Below, in pieces: positions 46,217-55,911 of a stretch of DNA of 64,000 bases. The translations under genes and the position numbers were made by a program. The notes beneath the pieces were generated by a model that ran no database searches, had not been told where the DNA came from, and worked only from the letters and a program-made list of their open reading frames with translations. Origin of the DNA: Sphingomonadales bacterium (GTDB taxonomy: Bacteria > Pseudomonadota > Alphaproteobacteria > Sphingomonadales > Sphingomonadaceae). The DNA lies in assembly GCA_031409315.1 (NCBI GenBank), contig JANNWX010000099.1, positions 3,254 through 67,253 of the forward strand, written 5' to 3'. Each line of letters starts with the position of its first letter. The first letter of the stretch is position 1.

Positions 46217-48226
46217 ATGAAACGCCCCATGGCCCGTTCGCGTTCCCGATCCACTGTCTCGCCACTGCGCGCCCGCATCGCCCGTGCATGGCGATATTGC
46301 CTCTATGCCGGAATGGGCGGTCTGGTTGCGCTGATGATCGCAGTCGGCTTTGCCTGGGCTTCTTTGCCCGACATTACCGAGTTGCGGACACGCGAATCGC
46401 TGGGTCAGGTGATCCGCGTGCGCGCCAATAATGGGGCGATCATCGCTGCTTTGGGGCCGATTTACGGCGAATGGATTGCCTATAAAGATATTCCGCCGGT
46501 CATGGTTGACGCGATGGTAGCGGTCGAGGACCGGCGGTTCCGCTCCCACCCCGGTGTTGACCCCATCGGCCTTGCGCGGGCGGCCTATGTCCGAGCGCAA
46601 AAGGGCCGCTGGGTCCAAGGCGGATCGACAATCACCCAGCAATTGGCGCGCAACATCTTTTTGACAAACACCCGGACCTTTGGCCGCAAGTTTCGGGAAA
46701 TGATCCTCGCGCTGGCGATGGAGGGTAAATATTCGAAGGATGAAATCCTCGAGCTCTACCTCAACCGCGTTTATTTTGGCGGCGGCGCGTATGGGATTGA
46801 TGCGGCATCACGGCGGTTTTTTGATCACCCGGCCAAGCAATTGAACCTGCCGGAATCGGCGATCATCGCCGGGCTGGTGAAGGCCCCGTCAAACTACTCG
46901 CCGACCGCTGACGCCAAAGCGGCGCTTGGCCGCGCGCGGGTTGTGTTGGGGATCATGGCCGATGCCGGAAAAATCTCGCCCGCTGCCGCTGCGGCGGCAC
47001 GACCAGATCAGGTGAAGCTGGCGGCCGGGCCGCAACAAAATAGCGTGCGTTATTTTACCGACTGGGTCTTGCCGCAACTTGACACGATGATTGATGAAAC
47101 AAGCGCAGCCATCGACGTCTGGACAACACTTGACAGCAATATGCAGCGCGCCGCCGATGCCGCCATCGTCACCAACACCCCGCGCGGGGTGCAAGGTGCG
47201 CTGGTTGCACTCGACCGCGACGGCGCTGTACGCGCGATGGTTGGTGGCACCGATTATGTGACGTCAATTTATAACCGGTCAACGCAAGCGGTGCGGCAGC
47301 CGGGGTCCGCGTTCAAACTATTCGTCTATCTCGCCGCACTTGAGGCCGGGATGAATGCTGAAACCCTGATCACCGATGAACCTATCGACATTGGCGGCTG
47401 GAAACCGCGCAATTCATCTGGCCGCTTTTCGGGCGAAATCAATCTGCGCACCGCCTTTACCTATTCAATCAACAGTGTCGCTGCCAAAATCGGTGCCGAG
47501 GTTGGCACATCGGCGATTGCCGGCATGGCCCGCCGGTTCGGCATCACCACGCCTGTGAACACCCACCCGTCGATGGTGCTTGGCACGTCTGATGTGCGGT
47601 TGATTGATATGACCCGTGCTTATGCCGGTGTTGCTGCCAAAGGGGTGGCGATCACCCCTTACGGGATTACCAAAGTGACAACCGACAAGGGCGATCTGCT
47701 TTACAAACATCCAACGCAAGACCTTGTTCAACAGGTAGACCCCTGGGTGGCCGCCGCGATGACAGATTTGCTGCAAACCGCCGTGGCAACCGGAACCGGC
47801 CGCGCCGCTCAAATCGGGCGGCCAGTCGCGGGCAAAACCGGCACCACATCGTCCAACAAGGACGGTTGGTTTCTGGGATTTTCAAGCGGGCTGACAACCG
47901 GCGTATGGATGGGCCGCGACGACGCGAAGACCGTCAGGGACTTGCAGGGCGGCACTGCCCCCGCGCGGGCCTTTGCCGCCTTCATGCGCGTTGCCACCGC
48001 CAAACGACCGGTCGAACAGTTTGAAACCAATGTGACGCTGCCCGAATGGCAATTGGACACCGAAGAACAAAGCTATTTTGGCGACCCCGATAATGGCCTG
48101 TTTGTCGACGAAAACGGTGTTCCGCTCGAAGCCCCGGCAAATCCAACTGATGAAGCCGCAGTGGAAGAAGATACGACTCTCGACCAGAAATGGCTCGATG
48201 AGGTGACAGGTAAGACGCCGCGTTAG
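46217..48226 (+). CDS. Bifunctional class A penicillin-binding protein (transglycosylase/transpeptidase)
   Basis: VAVEDRRFRSHPGVD, GGSTITQQLARN and RKFREM (GT51 motifs); SAFKLFVY (SxxK), SINS and KTGTT (transpeptidase motifs). Confidence 0.9.
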   Translation: MKRPMARSRSRSTVSPLRARIARAWRYCLYAGMGGLVALMIAVGFAWASLPDITELRTRESLGQVIRVRANNGAIIAALGPIYGEWIAYKDIPPVMVDAMVAVEDRRFRSHPGVDPIGLARAAYVRAQKGRWVQGGSTITQQLARNIFLTNTRTFGRKFREMILALAMEGKYSKDEILELYLNRVYFGGGAYGIDAASRRFFDHPAKQLNLPESAIIAGLVKAPSNYSPTADAKAALGRARVVLGIMADAGKISPAAAAAARPDQVKLAAGPQQNSVRYFTDWVLPQLDTMIDETSAAIDVWTTLDSNMQRAADAAIVTNTPRGVQGALVALDRDGAVRAMVGGTDYVTSIYNRSTQAVRQPGSAFKLFVYLAALEAGMNAETLITDEPIDIGGWKPRNSSGRFSGEINLRTAFTYSINSVAAKIGAEVGTSAIAGMARRFGITTPVNTHPSMVLGTSDVRLIDMTRAYAGVAAKGVAITPYGITKVTTDKGDLLYKHPTQDLVQQVDPWVAAAMTDLLQTAVATGTGRAAQIGRPVAGKTGTTSSNKDGWFLGFSSGLTTGVWMGRDDAKTVRDLQGGTAPARAFAAFMRVATAKRPVEQFETNVTLPEWQLDTEEQSYFGDPDNGLFVDENGVPLEAPANPTDEAAVEEDTTLDQKWLDEVTGKTPR

Positions 48227-48243
48227 GCTCAGGACCCCTGCGC

Positions 48244-48927
48244 TTACCCTTGGCGGCCAAACCAGTGTAATCGCGCTCCGTTCGTGCGCAGCCATGTGCG
48301 GGCTTTGCCGGGATCACCGTCGTAAATTTCGGTCACTTTGGCGTGAAAATTTGCGCTATGATCCATGTGGACACGGTGGGCCACCTCGTGCGCGACCGTC
48401 GCGCGACGGACGAATTCGGGCGCGAGGATCAGCCGCCAGCTATAGCGAATATCGCCATTATGCGCGCAACTGCCCCAGCGCGTTCCGGGGTCGCCAATGC
48501 CGATCTTGCCAATAGAAACCGATGCGAGCGCCGCAAATTCCATCGTTTCGCGGCCTAGCAAGGTCAGCGCCTCTCGCTTCAACCAGCGCACAAGGCGCGC
48601 GGGCATCATGTCGGGTGGTCCGCCAATCTCAATTCTGTCTTCGTATTGAACGGGGGCACGCCGGAAATTTTCTGACCAGTCGAGCCGTAAATTTTGCCCC
48701 GCCACCGGCACAAACATGCCGGAATGGATTGGCCAAGGTTCGGGCAGTTTTTCCAACTGGCGATCAATCCAACCCTGTTGACCTCTGGCCCAATCCAGCG
48801 CCGAACCAAGGGCCGCGCGTTTTGGCAAGACCAGCCTGACCTTGCCGGTGCGCGGATCAACCGACAATTTCATCCGGCGCGCGGTGGGCCGTCGGATGAT
48901 TTCCATGCCCGGCAACGCGTCAATCAT
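48244..48927 (-). CDS. YgjP-like M48/DUF45 metallohydrolase
   Basis: ATVAHEVAHRVHMDHS (HExxH) and an N-terminal IRRPTARRMKLSV pattern. The start is uncertain (48963, 48927 or 48906). Confidence 0.7.
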   Translation of the reverse strand: MIDALPGMEIIRRPTARRMKLSVDPRTGKVRLVLPKRAALGSALDWARGQQGWIDRQLEKLPEPWPIHSGMFVPVAGQNLRLDWSENFRRAPVQYEDRIEIGGPPDMMPARLVRWLKREALTLLGRETMEFAALASVSIGKIGIGDPGTRWGSCAHNGDIRYSWRLILAPEFVRRATVAHEVAHRVHMDHSANFHAKVTEIYDGDPGKARTWLRTNGARLHWFGRQG

Positions 48928-49354
48928 CACGGTCAACCAGATGGTTTTCAAGATCGCCTGCATCGACCTCTGATATCGTCCAGCCGCGCACTGATGCGCC
49001 CGCTAGATGGATCGATTCGCGGTCGCCGGTGATCAGATAGTGCCACGCTGGCAACGGATCGCCCGCCGCCCGCAAAACATAAGCGCACGTGCGCGGCAAC
49101 CAATCAATCTCGCGCAGCTTGGCCGGTGTCAGCCGAATACAATCGGGGACAAAGCTGTGCCGGTGTTTATAATCACTACAGCGGCCAATGCGGCGGTCGA
49201 GTAAGCGGCAAGCAACGTTGGTCGGGTGGAGTTCGCCTGTGTCTTCATCTTCCAATTTGTGCAGGCAGCATTTCCCGCAACCATCGCACAGCGCCTCCCA
49301 TTGCGCCCGGTCCAGACGGTCGAGCGGCACATCTTCCCAGAACCGCTCGCTCAT
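48920..49354 (-). CDS. YcgN/UPF0260 cysteine-cluster protein
   Basis: FWEDVPLDRLDRAQWEALCDGCGKCCLHKLEDEDTGE...CRLLD...CSDY. Confidence 0.8.
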   Translation of the reverse strand: MSERFWEDVPLDRLDRAQWEALCDGCGKCCLHKLEDEDTGELHPTNVACRLLDRRIGRCSDYKHRHSFVPDCIRLTPAKLREIDWLPRTCAYVLRAAGDPLPAWHYLITGDRESIHLAGASVRGWTISEVDAGDLENHLVDRDD

Positions 49355-49941
49355 TTGACCCAGCGGGCGAGTTCAGCCGCAACCCCGTCAGGCCCTTCGT
49401 CTTGTGGCACGAGCGCAATCGGCTGGCCGTCCGGCCCGTAGAGCACCGACGTGCGCGAATGATCAACCAGATATGCCCCCTGATCATTGGGCTTGCCCCG
49501 TTCAAACACCACGGCATAGCTCTGCGCCGCCGCCGCAATCTGCACCTCTGTTCCCGTCAGACCAACCATCCGGGGGTGAAAATTGGCAACAAAGGATTTG
49601 AGAATGGGTGGCGTATCCCGAACCGGATCGACCGTAATGAAAATGGGCTGGACCTTCGCGCCGCGTGCTGGATCTGATTTTTCAAATTGCGAAAGCCCCT
49701 TTCCCAATGCCGCCGTATCCACCGGGCAGACATCAGGGCAATACGTATAGCCAAAATAGATCAGGCGATATTTGCCGGTATAGCTTTGATCGGTGACCGG
49801 CCTGCCATCCTGATCAACCAATGAAAATGCGCCGCCCATCTTCGCCCCGGCAAGCGGCGGGGTTTCATCCTTCTGCATCATTTGGCAGGCGGAAAGGATG
49901 AAGAGAACGGATAATAGAAATGTGGTCGCAATTTTGTTCAT
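49351..49941 (-). CDS. SCO1/SenC copper chaperone family protein
   Basis: Lipobox-like LSAC. IYFGYTYCPDVCP and LVDHS motifs. Confidence 0.85.
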   Translation of the reverse strand: MNKIATTFLLSVLFILSACQMMQKDETPPLAGAKMGGAFSLVDQDGRPVTDQSYTGKYRLIYFGYTYCPDVCPVDTAALGKGLSQFEKSDPARGAKVQPIFITVDPVRDTPPILKSFVANFHPRMVGLTGTEVQIAAAAQSYAVVFERGKPNDQGAYLVDHSRTSVLYGPDGQPIALVPQDEGPDGVAAELARWVK

Positions 49942-50013
49942 GGCCCGGCCAGCCTAGCTTTGCTACAGCCCCACGTGCAAGTATTGAGTCTGTCTGGCGG
50001 GGTTGAATGGACA

Positions 50014-50616
50014 ATGACAATGAAATCAAAGACGAAGGCGGCGATTGCCGGGCTGGTTTTTGCAGCGCTGGTTCCCGGTGCTGCGGTGGGCCAGTTTTCC
50101 GAAAGCTATAATTTCCTGAAGGCTGTGCGCGACCGTGACGGCACCAAAGCGACTGAGATTATCACTAAGCCCGGATCGATCATCATCGACACCCGCGAAC
50201 AAGGAAGCGGTGAAGCCGCCATCCATATCGTCACCAAGCGGCGCGACATTGCGTGGATGGGCTTTTTGCTGTCACGCGGCGCACGCCCCGATGTGCGCGA
50301 CGGGACAGGCAATACGGCCCTCAACCTCGCGGCGCAAATCGGGTTTACCGAAGGCGCAACGCAATTATTGAAATTCCGTGCGTCGGTTGATCTGGCGAAT
50401 AACAGCGGCGAAACCCCGTTGATCCGGGCGGTGCAGGCCCGCGACATTGCAATGGCCAGATTGTTGCTTGCGGCCGGGGCCAATCCGGCAAAGACCGACA
50501 GGATCGCGGGGATGTCAGCCCGTGACTATGCCGTCCGCGATGCCCGGGCAAAAGCAATTCTGCTGCTGATCAACGAAGTGAAGCCGGTCAAAGCCGTCGC
50601 CGGCCCCAAGCCATAG
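50014..50616 (+). CDS. Ankyrin-repeat protein with signal peptide
   Basis: Repeats such as GEAAIHIVTKRRDIAWMGFLLSRGARPDVRD, GNTALNLAAQIG and GETPLIRAVQARD. N-terminal signal AALVPGAAVG. Confidence 0.75.
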   Translation: MTMKSKTKAAIAGLVFAALVPGAAVGQFSESYNFLKAVRDRDGTKATEIITKPGSIIIDTREQGSGEAAIHIVTKRRDIAWMGFLLSRGARPDVRDGTGNTALNLAAQIGFTEGATQLLKFRASVDLANNSGETPLIRAVQARDIAMARLLLAAGANPAKTDRIAGMSARDYAVRDARAKAILLLINEVKPVKAVAGPKP

Positions 50617-50715
50617 AGTGATTTCGAGTTAAATGGGACATTTAACGGCTCGGAAATCACAGTAAAACAAGAGTTTAGACACCCATTTTGATTCAATCAA
50701 AATGGACCAGGGTCT
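50615..50715 (+). repeat. About 100-bp double-hairpin intergenic repeat, family A, copy 2
   Basis: Near-identical to 38244-38344. Contains the perfect palindrome ccattttgattcaatcaaaatgg. Confidence 0.9.
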
Positions 50716-50742
50716 CGCCCTGATGACCGATCAGATTATAGG

Positions 50743-51384
50743 TCACGCGCCGGGATAGCGAAGCCGCCCCAGAAACCGTGCGACGCTGAAATGCCGGTCG
50801 CCAGCGCTCATTGCGCGGGCCTTCACCTTTTCAAATCGCATGATCCCTTCAATCCGCCGCGCCAGAAAGGCCCGGGTATCAACATAGCCTTCGCTTTCGT
50901 CATTGACGAAGGTCAACAGCGTCGCGGCGTAGACAGTGCCAAGAATGGCCCGCTTGGTATAATGATTATAGTCGGTGGCGGTGTCGCCCGCCGCGCGCCA
51001 CATCGCATCGGCGGCGCGCCAGCCAAGTTGCACTGTTCGCGGGCCGTGCAGCGGACCCACCATGATACTTTGCGCCCGGCGCAGTGCCTCACGGTGCGGG
51101 GCCAGCAACGCCAGCCGCGCCTCGACCAACGCGGTGATCCGTTCGCGTATCTTCATTGCAGAAAGTTTGGACGGGGTCAGGGCCGCGCTCATCCCGGTAT
51201 CAACCTGCGCGAACCAGCCGTCGATCATGTCGATTGCGCCGCCGGGAAAAACAAGGGCGGCGATATCGGGGTTGACGCCGATCCGGGCGGCGGTCGCGGC
51301 AACGGCCTTGTCCGTCCACCCGTCAAAAGCCGCGTCTTTTGGCAATTCGGCAGCAAGCAAGGGGCGCAATTCGTCGAGCGTCAT
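50743..51384 (-). CDS. COQ9-family protein
   Basis: TLDELRPLL....AFDGWTDKAV..AA..IGV....AALVFPGGAIDMIDGW matches the alphaproteobacterial COQ9-like proteins. The start is trimmed to MTLDEL. Confidence 0.7.
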   Translation of the reverse strand: MTLDELRPLLAAELPKDAAFDGWTDKAVAATAARIGVNPDIAALVFPGGAIDMIDGWFAQVDTGMSAALTPSKLSAMKIRERITALVEARLALLAPHREALRRAQSIMVGPLHGPRTVQLGWRAADAMWRAAGDTATDYNHYTKRAILGTVYAATLLTFVNDESEGYVDTRAFLARRIEGIMRFEKVKARAMSAGDRHFSVARFLGRLRYPGA

Positions 51385-51510
51385 ATCCTCAACATCAGGG
51401 GTCTTGGTCTTCGCCACGAATCCACACTCCAAAAACGGTGACACGCCCCCCTTGGGATGATAGGCTCGCGGCGTCAATCAAATCACAGCCAGCCTTGTAG
51501 GGGAGAAACC

Positions 51511-52074
51511 ATGGCAAAATTCTTTGGAAATTTGAATGCGGTCGTTGCGGCGGGCTTTGTCCTGATGATCGTCATTCTGCTAGGCGTTCAAGGCCAAGTT
51601 GAAAGCAACTTCCTGTGGCGGTTTGCCCACGTTCTTTGTTCCATCATGTGGATCGGCCATCTTTACTATTTCAACTTCACCCAGATGCCGACCATGCCCA
51701 AGATTCCCGCTGAACTCAAACCCGCGGTTTCAAAACATATCGCGCCCGCCGCTTTGTTCTGGTTCCGCTGGGGCGCGGCGGCAACCGTAGCAACCGGCCT
51801 CGTCGTCGCGGTGCAGGCCGGATATGCGCATCAGGCATTCACCCTGCAATCACCCTATCGCACCATCGGCATCGGTATGTGGCTAGCGGTTATCATGGCG
51901 ATCAACGTCTGGTTTGTGATCTGGCCAAACCAGCAAAAAGCATTGGGCCTTGTTGAGGCCGACGACGCGACCAAGGCAAAATCAGCCGCCACCGCGATGA
52001 TGTTTTCGCGGACCAACACCTTGTTGTCCGTGGCCATGCTTTATTGCATGATTTCGGCTGAATCTGGCTATTGA
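51511..52074 (+). CDS. Integral membrane protein, PuuD N-terminal (urate hydroxylase-like) type
   Basis: Four hydrophobic helices. RFAHVLCSIMWIGHLYYFNF resembles the His-containing helix of this family. The functional assignment is weak. Confidence 0.45.
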   Translation: MAKFFGNLNAVVAAGFVLMIVILLGVQGQVESNFLWRFAHVLCSIMWIGHLYYFNFTQMPTMPKIPAELKPAVSKHIAPAALFWFRWGAAATVATGLVVAVQAGYAHQAFTLQSPYRTIGIGMWLAVIMAINVWFVIWPNQQKALGLVEADDATKAKSAATAMMFSRTNTLLSVAMLYCMISAESGY

Positions 52075-52961
52075 TCCGGTTTCCGGTCGGGCTGGCGCAC
52101 AAGAACAAGCGCCAGCCCGATCAGCACCGCACCGATCCAGTCTGGCAAAGCGAGAGTCTCACCGTAGACGATCCAGCCGATTGCAGCCGACACAATCGGT
52201 TGGGTCAAAAGCGCCAGCCCAATCAACAGCGGGCTAACCCGGCCAAGCACATAGACCATCAGCCCCTGCCCCACCAATTGGCTGAGCACAGCTAGTGCAA
52301 CCAGCGGGGTCCAGTCTGTCGGCCAGATCGTTTCGCCAAGCATCAGGGCGATCAATAGCAGTGGCGGCACTGTTGCCAGCGTCGACCAGCTGAGCAGGGT
52401 CCATGACGGCAAATGGGCGCGGGCGCGGACCACGATGATCAGGTAGACAGTATAGAAAAGCCCGGCGGCAAGGCAGAGCAGGTCACCGAGCAAATAGCTG
52501 CTCGACAGTTCATAGGACCGGCCAAGCAGCAACAGGCACCCTACGGCGGCCAGGCCAAAGGCAAACCCTTCGCGCCCCGAAGGCAAGGAACGCGCAACGA
52601 CAAACCCCCAAATCGGAAAGAACAGGCTTGCCGCATTGGCAAAAAGTGTCGCGTTGCCAAGCTTGGTCTGGAGAATGCCGATATGCCATGCGGCAAGGTC
52701 AGCGGCAAAGAACAGGCCAGACAAGGCCATTATCCAGTAAAGCGCGCGGCTTGGCAGGATGAGTGGCTGTTTGACCCGTGCCGTGATGAGGAACAGGATC
52801 GGCACCGCCAGTGCCATCCGCCACATCGCCGAAGCACTAGGCCCAACGTCGGCCAGACGCACGAGCCAGGGCCCGAAGGCAAGGGCAAAATTGCCAAGCA
52901 ACAGCATGACGATCAACGCCGCCGTCGGGCGTTCCCATTCCTGATCTTGCGTCTGCTTCAT
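52068..52961 (-). CDS. DMT-superfamily (EamA) transporter
   Basis: Ten predicted TM helices in two EamA-like halves. The start is trimmed to MKQTQDQ. Confidence 0.75.
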   Translation of the reverse strand: MKQTQDQEWERPTAALIVMLLLGNFALAFGPWLVRLADVGPSASAMWRMALAVPILFLITARVKQPLILPSRALYWIMALSGLFFAADLAAWHIGILQTKLGNATLFANAASLFFPIWGFVVARSLPSGREGFAFGLAAVGCLLLLGRSYELSSSYLLGDLLCLAAGLFYTVYLIIVVRARAHLPSWTLLSWSTLATVPPLLLIALMLGETIWPTDWTPLVALAVLSQLVGQGLMVYVLGRVSPLLIGLALLTQPIVSAAIGWIVYGETLALPDWIGAVLIGLALVLVRQPDRKPDQ

Positions 52962-53007
52962 TGCCCCCCTATCCGGCGTGCGAACATAAGTTGCAATGAG
53001 GAACCTG

Positions 53008-54087
53008 ATGCCCTGTCTTTTTGATCCCATCACGCTAGGAGCGATCGAAGCGCCCAACCGTATTTTTATGTCACCCCTGACCCGTGGGCGCAGTGTGGGA
53101 GCCAATGTTCCCGTCACCGCGCTTAAGGCGGATTATTATGCCCAGCGCGCGAGCGCGGGCCTGATCATAGCCGAGGCCACCGGGATCACGCCTGAGGGTT
53201 CGGGCTGGCCGTCAGCACCCGGTATCTGGTCTGCCGAGCAGGTTGAGGCATGGAAGCCCGTGACCGGGGCGGTGCATAAGGCCGGTGGGCGCATCATCCT
53301 GCAACTCTGGCATATGGGCCGGTTGGTCCATTCGGATTTTCTGGGTGGGGCACAGCCAGTGTCGGCGTCGGCCACCACTGCGCCGGGCTTTGCCCATACT
53401 GCCGAGGGCAAGAAAGCTTATGTCGAGGCCCGCCCATTGCGGCTCCATGAAATACCGCGCTTGATCGGCGATTATGTTCACGCTGCAAAAAATGCGATGG
53501 CCGCCGGATTTGACGGGGTTCAGGTGCACGGTGCCAATGGCTATCTGATCGACCAGTTCCTGCGCGATAACAGCAATTTCCGCGATGATGCATACGGCGG
53601 GCCGATTGAAAACCGCATCCGGTTGATGACAGAAGTTGTGCAGGCGGTTGCCGATGCGGTTGGTGCGGACCGGACCAGCATTCGCCTGTCCCCCAACGGC
53701 GAAACTCAAGGTGCGGACGATTCGAAACCGGTCGCCTTGTTCTCAGCAGCAGCAGCAGCGCTCGACAAGATTGGCATCGGCTTTCTGGAATTGCGCGAAC
53801 AAAAGACGTTTGGCAGTTTTGGAACCAGCGAAGTGCCCCGTGTATCGCCCGACATCCGCAAACTATTTAATGGCCCGCTGGTGCTCAATCAGGAATATAC
53901 TGCGCAAACCGCCGCTGACGACCTCGCAAGCGGGCTTGCCGACGCGATCAGTTTCGGGCGCCCGTTTATCTCCAATCCCGATCTGCCGCGCCGTTTGCGT
54001 GACGGGATTGCCTTGACGCCGGACAATTATAAAACGTGGTATTCGCCGGGGCCGGAGGGATATACGGATTATCCCGTTGCGGATTGA
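53008..54087 (+). CDS. Old Yellow Enzyme family NADH:flavin oxidoreductase (NemA-like)
   Basis: PNRIFMSPLTRGR, LIIAEAT, QLWHMGR, HGANGYLIDQFL, FGRPFISNPDLP. Confidence 0.9.
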   Translation: MPCLFDPITLGAIEAPNRIFMSPLTRGRSVGANVPVTALKADYYAQRASAGLIIAEATGITPEGSGWPSAPGIWSAEQVEAWKPVTGAVHKAGGRIILQLWHMGRLVHSDFLGGAQPVSASATTAPGFAHTAEGKKAYVEARPLRLHEIPRLIGDYVHAAKNAMAAGFDGVQVHGANGYLIDQFLRDNSNFRDDAYGGPIENRIRLMTEVVQAVADAVGADRTSIRLSPNGETQGADDSKPVALFSAAAAALDKIGIGFLELREQKTFGSFGTSEVPRVSPDIRKLFNGPLVLNQEYTAQTAADDLASGLADAISFGRPFISNPDLPRRLRDGIALTPDNYKTWYSPGPEGYTDYPVAD

Positions 54088-54095
54088 ACGACGAC

Positions 54096-54128
54096 GAATC
54101 ATCCCGGCGAAGGTCGGGATGACGATTC
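54096..54128. repeat. Solitary palindromic hairpin related to family C
   Basis: gaatcatcccggcgaaggtcgggatgacgattc has the same catYcccgNc-gaag-gNcgggRatg architecture as the repeats around the GIY-YIG gene. It lies between convergent genes. Confidence 0.6.
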
Positions 54129-54157
54129 ATACCAACCTGCGCTGATCCTGTTCCGCT

Positions 54158-54637
54158 TTAATTCGGATTATCGGCCGTTCCGGCACCTTCGCCTGTCGCG
54201 CCAACAGTGCCGATATTGCCGAACAGATCTTCAAAGAAGCTGCGTTTGCGGCCCAAAGTCGGTGTTTTGTCGCCGTCAGGGTTGATTTTTACCACTTTTT
54301 CAAGCCCGGCCTTATCAACCGCGGCGACATTGCCCGCCGGATCGAACCGGACACGCAACACCAATTGGGCAGTTGGGGTTGGCGTGGCAAAAGCCAGTTG
54401 CTTGGTCTGCCGCGAAACATAATACCAGTCCTGCTGTCCAAACTGGCTCGCAAAACTGGGGCGGCCCAGCGTTTTTTCAACCGAGGTGCGATTGTCAATG
54501 CCGGGCTGGATCGCGTCGACCAAAGTCGGATCGGCGATAAACCCTTGGTGCCCCGGAACCCGGGTGCACGCCGCGCCAACCAGCGCAATTGTGATAAGCA
54601 TCGCCGTGGTTCCAGTCTTTTTCATCACGCGCGCCAT
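54158..54637 (-). CDS. bamE: Outer membrane protein assembly factor BamE (SmpA/OmlA)
   Basis: Lipobox LVGAAC. G.DNRTSVEKTLGRPS...DWYYV pattern. AGGAGA RBS. Confidence 0.8.
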   Translation of the reverse strand: MARVMKKTGTTAMLITIALVGAACTRVPGHQGFIADPTLVDAIQPGIDNRTSVEKTLGRPSFASQFGQQDWYYVSRQTKQLAFATPTPTAQLVLRVRFDPAGNVAAVDKAGLEKVVKINPDGDKTPTLGRKRSFFEDLFGNIGTVGATGEGAGTADNPN

Positions 54638-54753
54638 TTTTGTCTCCTGATTCGGTGGCCGTCGGCAACTGGTGTTGCAAGACGCCTTCAAAACCCCAAT
54701 ATGCCGGGATCGCCCTGCGGGCAAGCTTCATGGACGGAAACGGGCAATTCAAT

Positions 54754-55278
54754 ATGGTTTTTGCGGGGCTGAAACGGTTTATTGGCTTATCGCAGGCGCG
54801 CGACCGGCTCGACCCGCTCTACAGGTCGATCACCGTAATCGCGCGCCAACCGCACTGGTACCAAGAATGTGCGGTGCCCGATAGTGTTGAGGGGCGGTTT
54901 GAAATGGTTGCGCTTATCCTGTCGCTGTTGCTGCTCCGGCTTGAGAGTGAAGACGGCAACGGCGCGACCCAGGCGTCCCTGCTGACCGAAGTGTTTATCG
55001 CCGATATGGACGGGCAGATGCGCGAAGATGGAATTGGCGATGCAGGCGTCGGCATGCGAATGGGCAAGATGATGAGTGCGCTTGGCGGGCGGATATCGGT
55101 CTATCGCACCGGTATTGAACAGGGCGACCTGCAAGCGGCACTCACCAGAAACCTTTATCGCGGCGCACCGCCCGAAGAAAACGTGTTGGACGGCGTGGAA
55201 GGGGAAGTCATGCAATTGATCAGGGATTTGGCAGCTTTGCCACTCGATATGATCCTCGTCGGGCGGCTGAGCGCGTGA
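54754..55278 (+). CDS. Ubiquinol-cytochrome c chaperone (CBP3-like) family protein
   Basis: LYRSITVIARQPHWY...RFEMVALILSLLLLRL...VFIADMDGQMRE. Confidence 0.75.
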   Translation: MVFAGLKRFIGLSQARDRLDPLYRSITVIARQPHWYQECAVPDSVEGRFEMVALILSLLLLRLESEDGNGATQASLLTEVFIADMDGQMREDGIGDAGVGMRMGKMMSALGGRISVYRTGIEQGDLQAALTRNLYRGAPPEENVLDGVEGEVMQLIRDLAALPLDMILVGRLSA

Positions 55279-55811
55279 TACACGAACCAGCGGCAGAATT
55301 TTCCCGGCCAATCCGGCTCGACGCAATTGGCACAGAGGCTGCGGCGCATATTATTGCCGCCAACCCAGGCGAGTGTGCGGCGCTGGCGGCGCGGTTCGGG
55401 CTGGAAAATATCGGCAAACTTGAGGCCGAACTGCGGCTTGTCCACACGGCGCCCGATCATATCGCGCAGGGCCATTTGGCCGCGCGCGTGACACAGGTTT
55501 GCGTCGCGACCGGTGATCTGTTGCCCGTCACCCTCAACGTGCCATTCCGTATTCGCTTCACGCCGCCAGACGCATCTGCGGGTGACGAGGAGGCGGAGCT
55601 AAGCGCCGAGGATGGCGACGTGATGGATCATGACGGGCAACAGATCGACATTGGCGAGGCAGTTGCCCAGACCCTGTTGCTCGCGCTGGATCCGTTTCCG
55701 CGCAGCCCAAATGCCGACACCCGTCTAAAGGCGGCCGGGGTGGTAAGCGAAGCCGATGTGCGGTCGTTTTCGGCACTCCAGACGCTTAAGGAGCGGCTGA
55801 CAAGGCCCTAG
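55275..55811 (+). CDS. YceD/DUF177 family protein
   Basis: Typical position and an acidic C-terminal half (DIGEAVAQTLLLALDPFPR). Confidence 0.7.
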   Translation: MIHEPAAEFSRPIRLDAIGTEAAAHIIAANPGECAALAARFGLENIGKLEAELRLVHTAPDHIAQGHLAARVTQVCVATGDLLPVTLNVPFRIRFTPPDASAGDEEAELSAEDGDVMDHDGQQIDIGEAVAQTLLLALDPFPRSPNADTRLKAAGVVSEADVRSFSALQTLKERLTRP

Positions 55812-55911
55812 ACTCTGTTTGTTTCTGATTGTTTCAGACAGAGTCTAGAATTTCTAGGTTTTCCGCGTTTTCCGAGCCATTCGGTGTATCCACCTCACTC
55901 GAAAACACTCT
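55810..55911 (-). repeat. About 100-bp double-hairpin intergenic repeat, family B, copy 2 (inverted relative to copy 1)
   Basis: agactctgt...acagagtct hairpin and gttttccgagcc...ctcgaaaacac hairpin. Bounded by TA on both sides. Confidence 0.85.
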
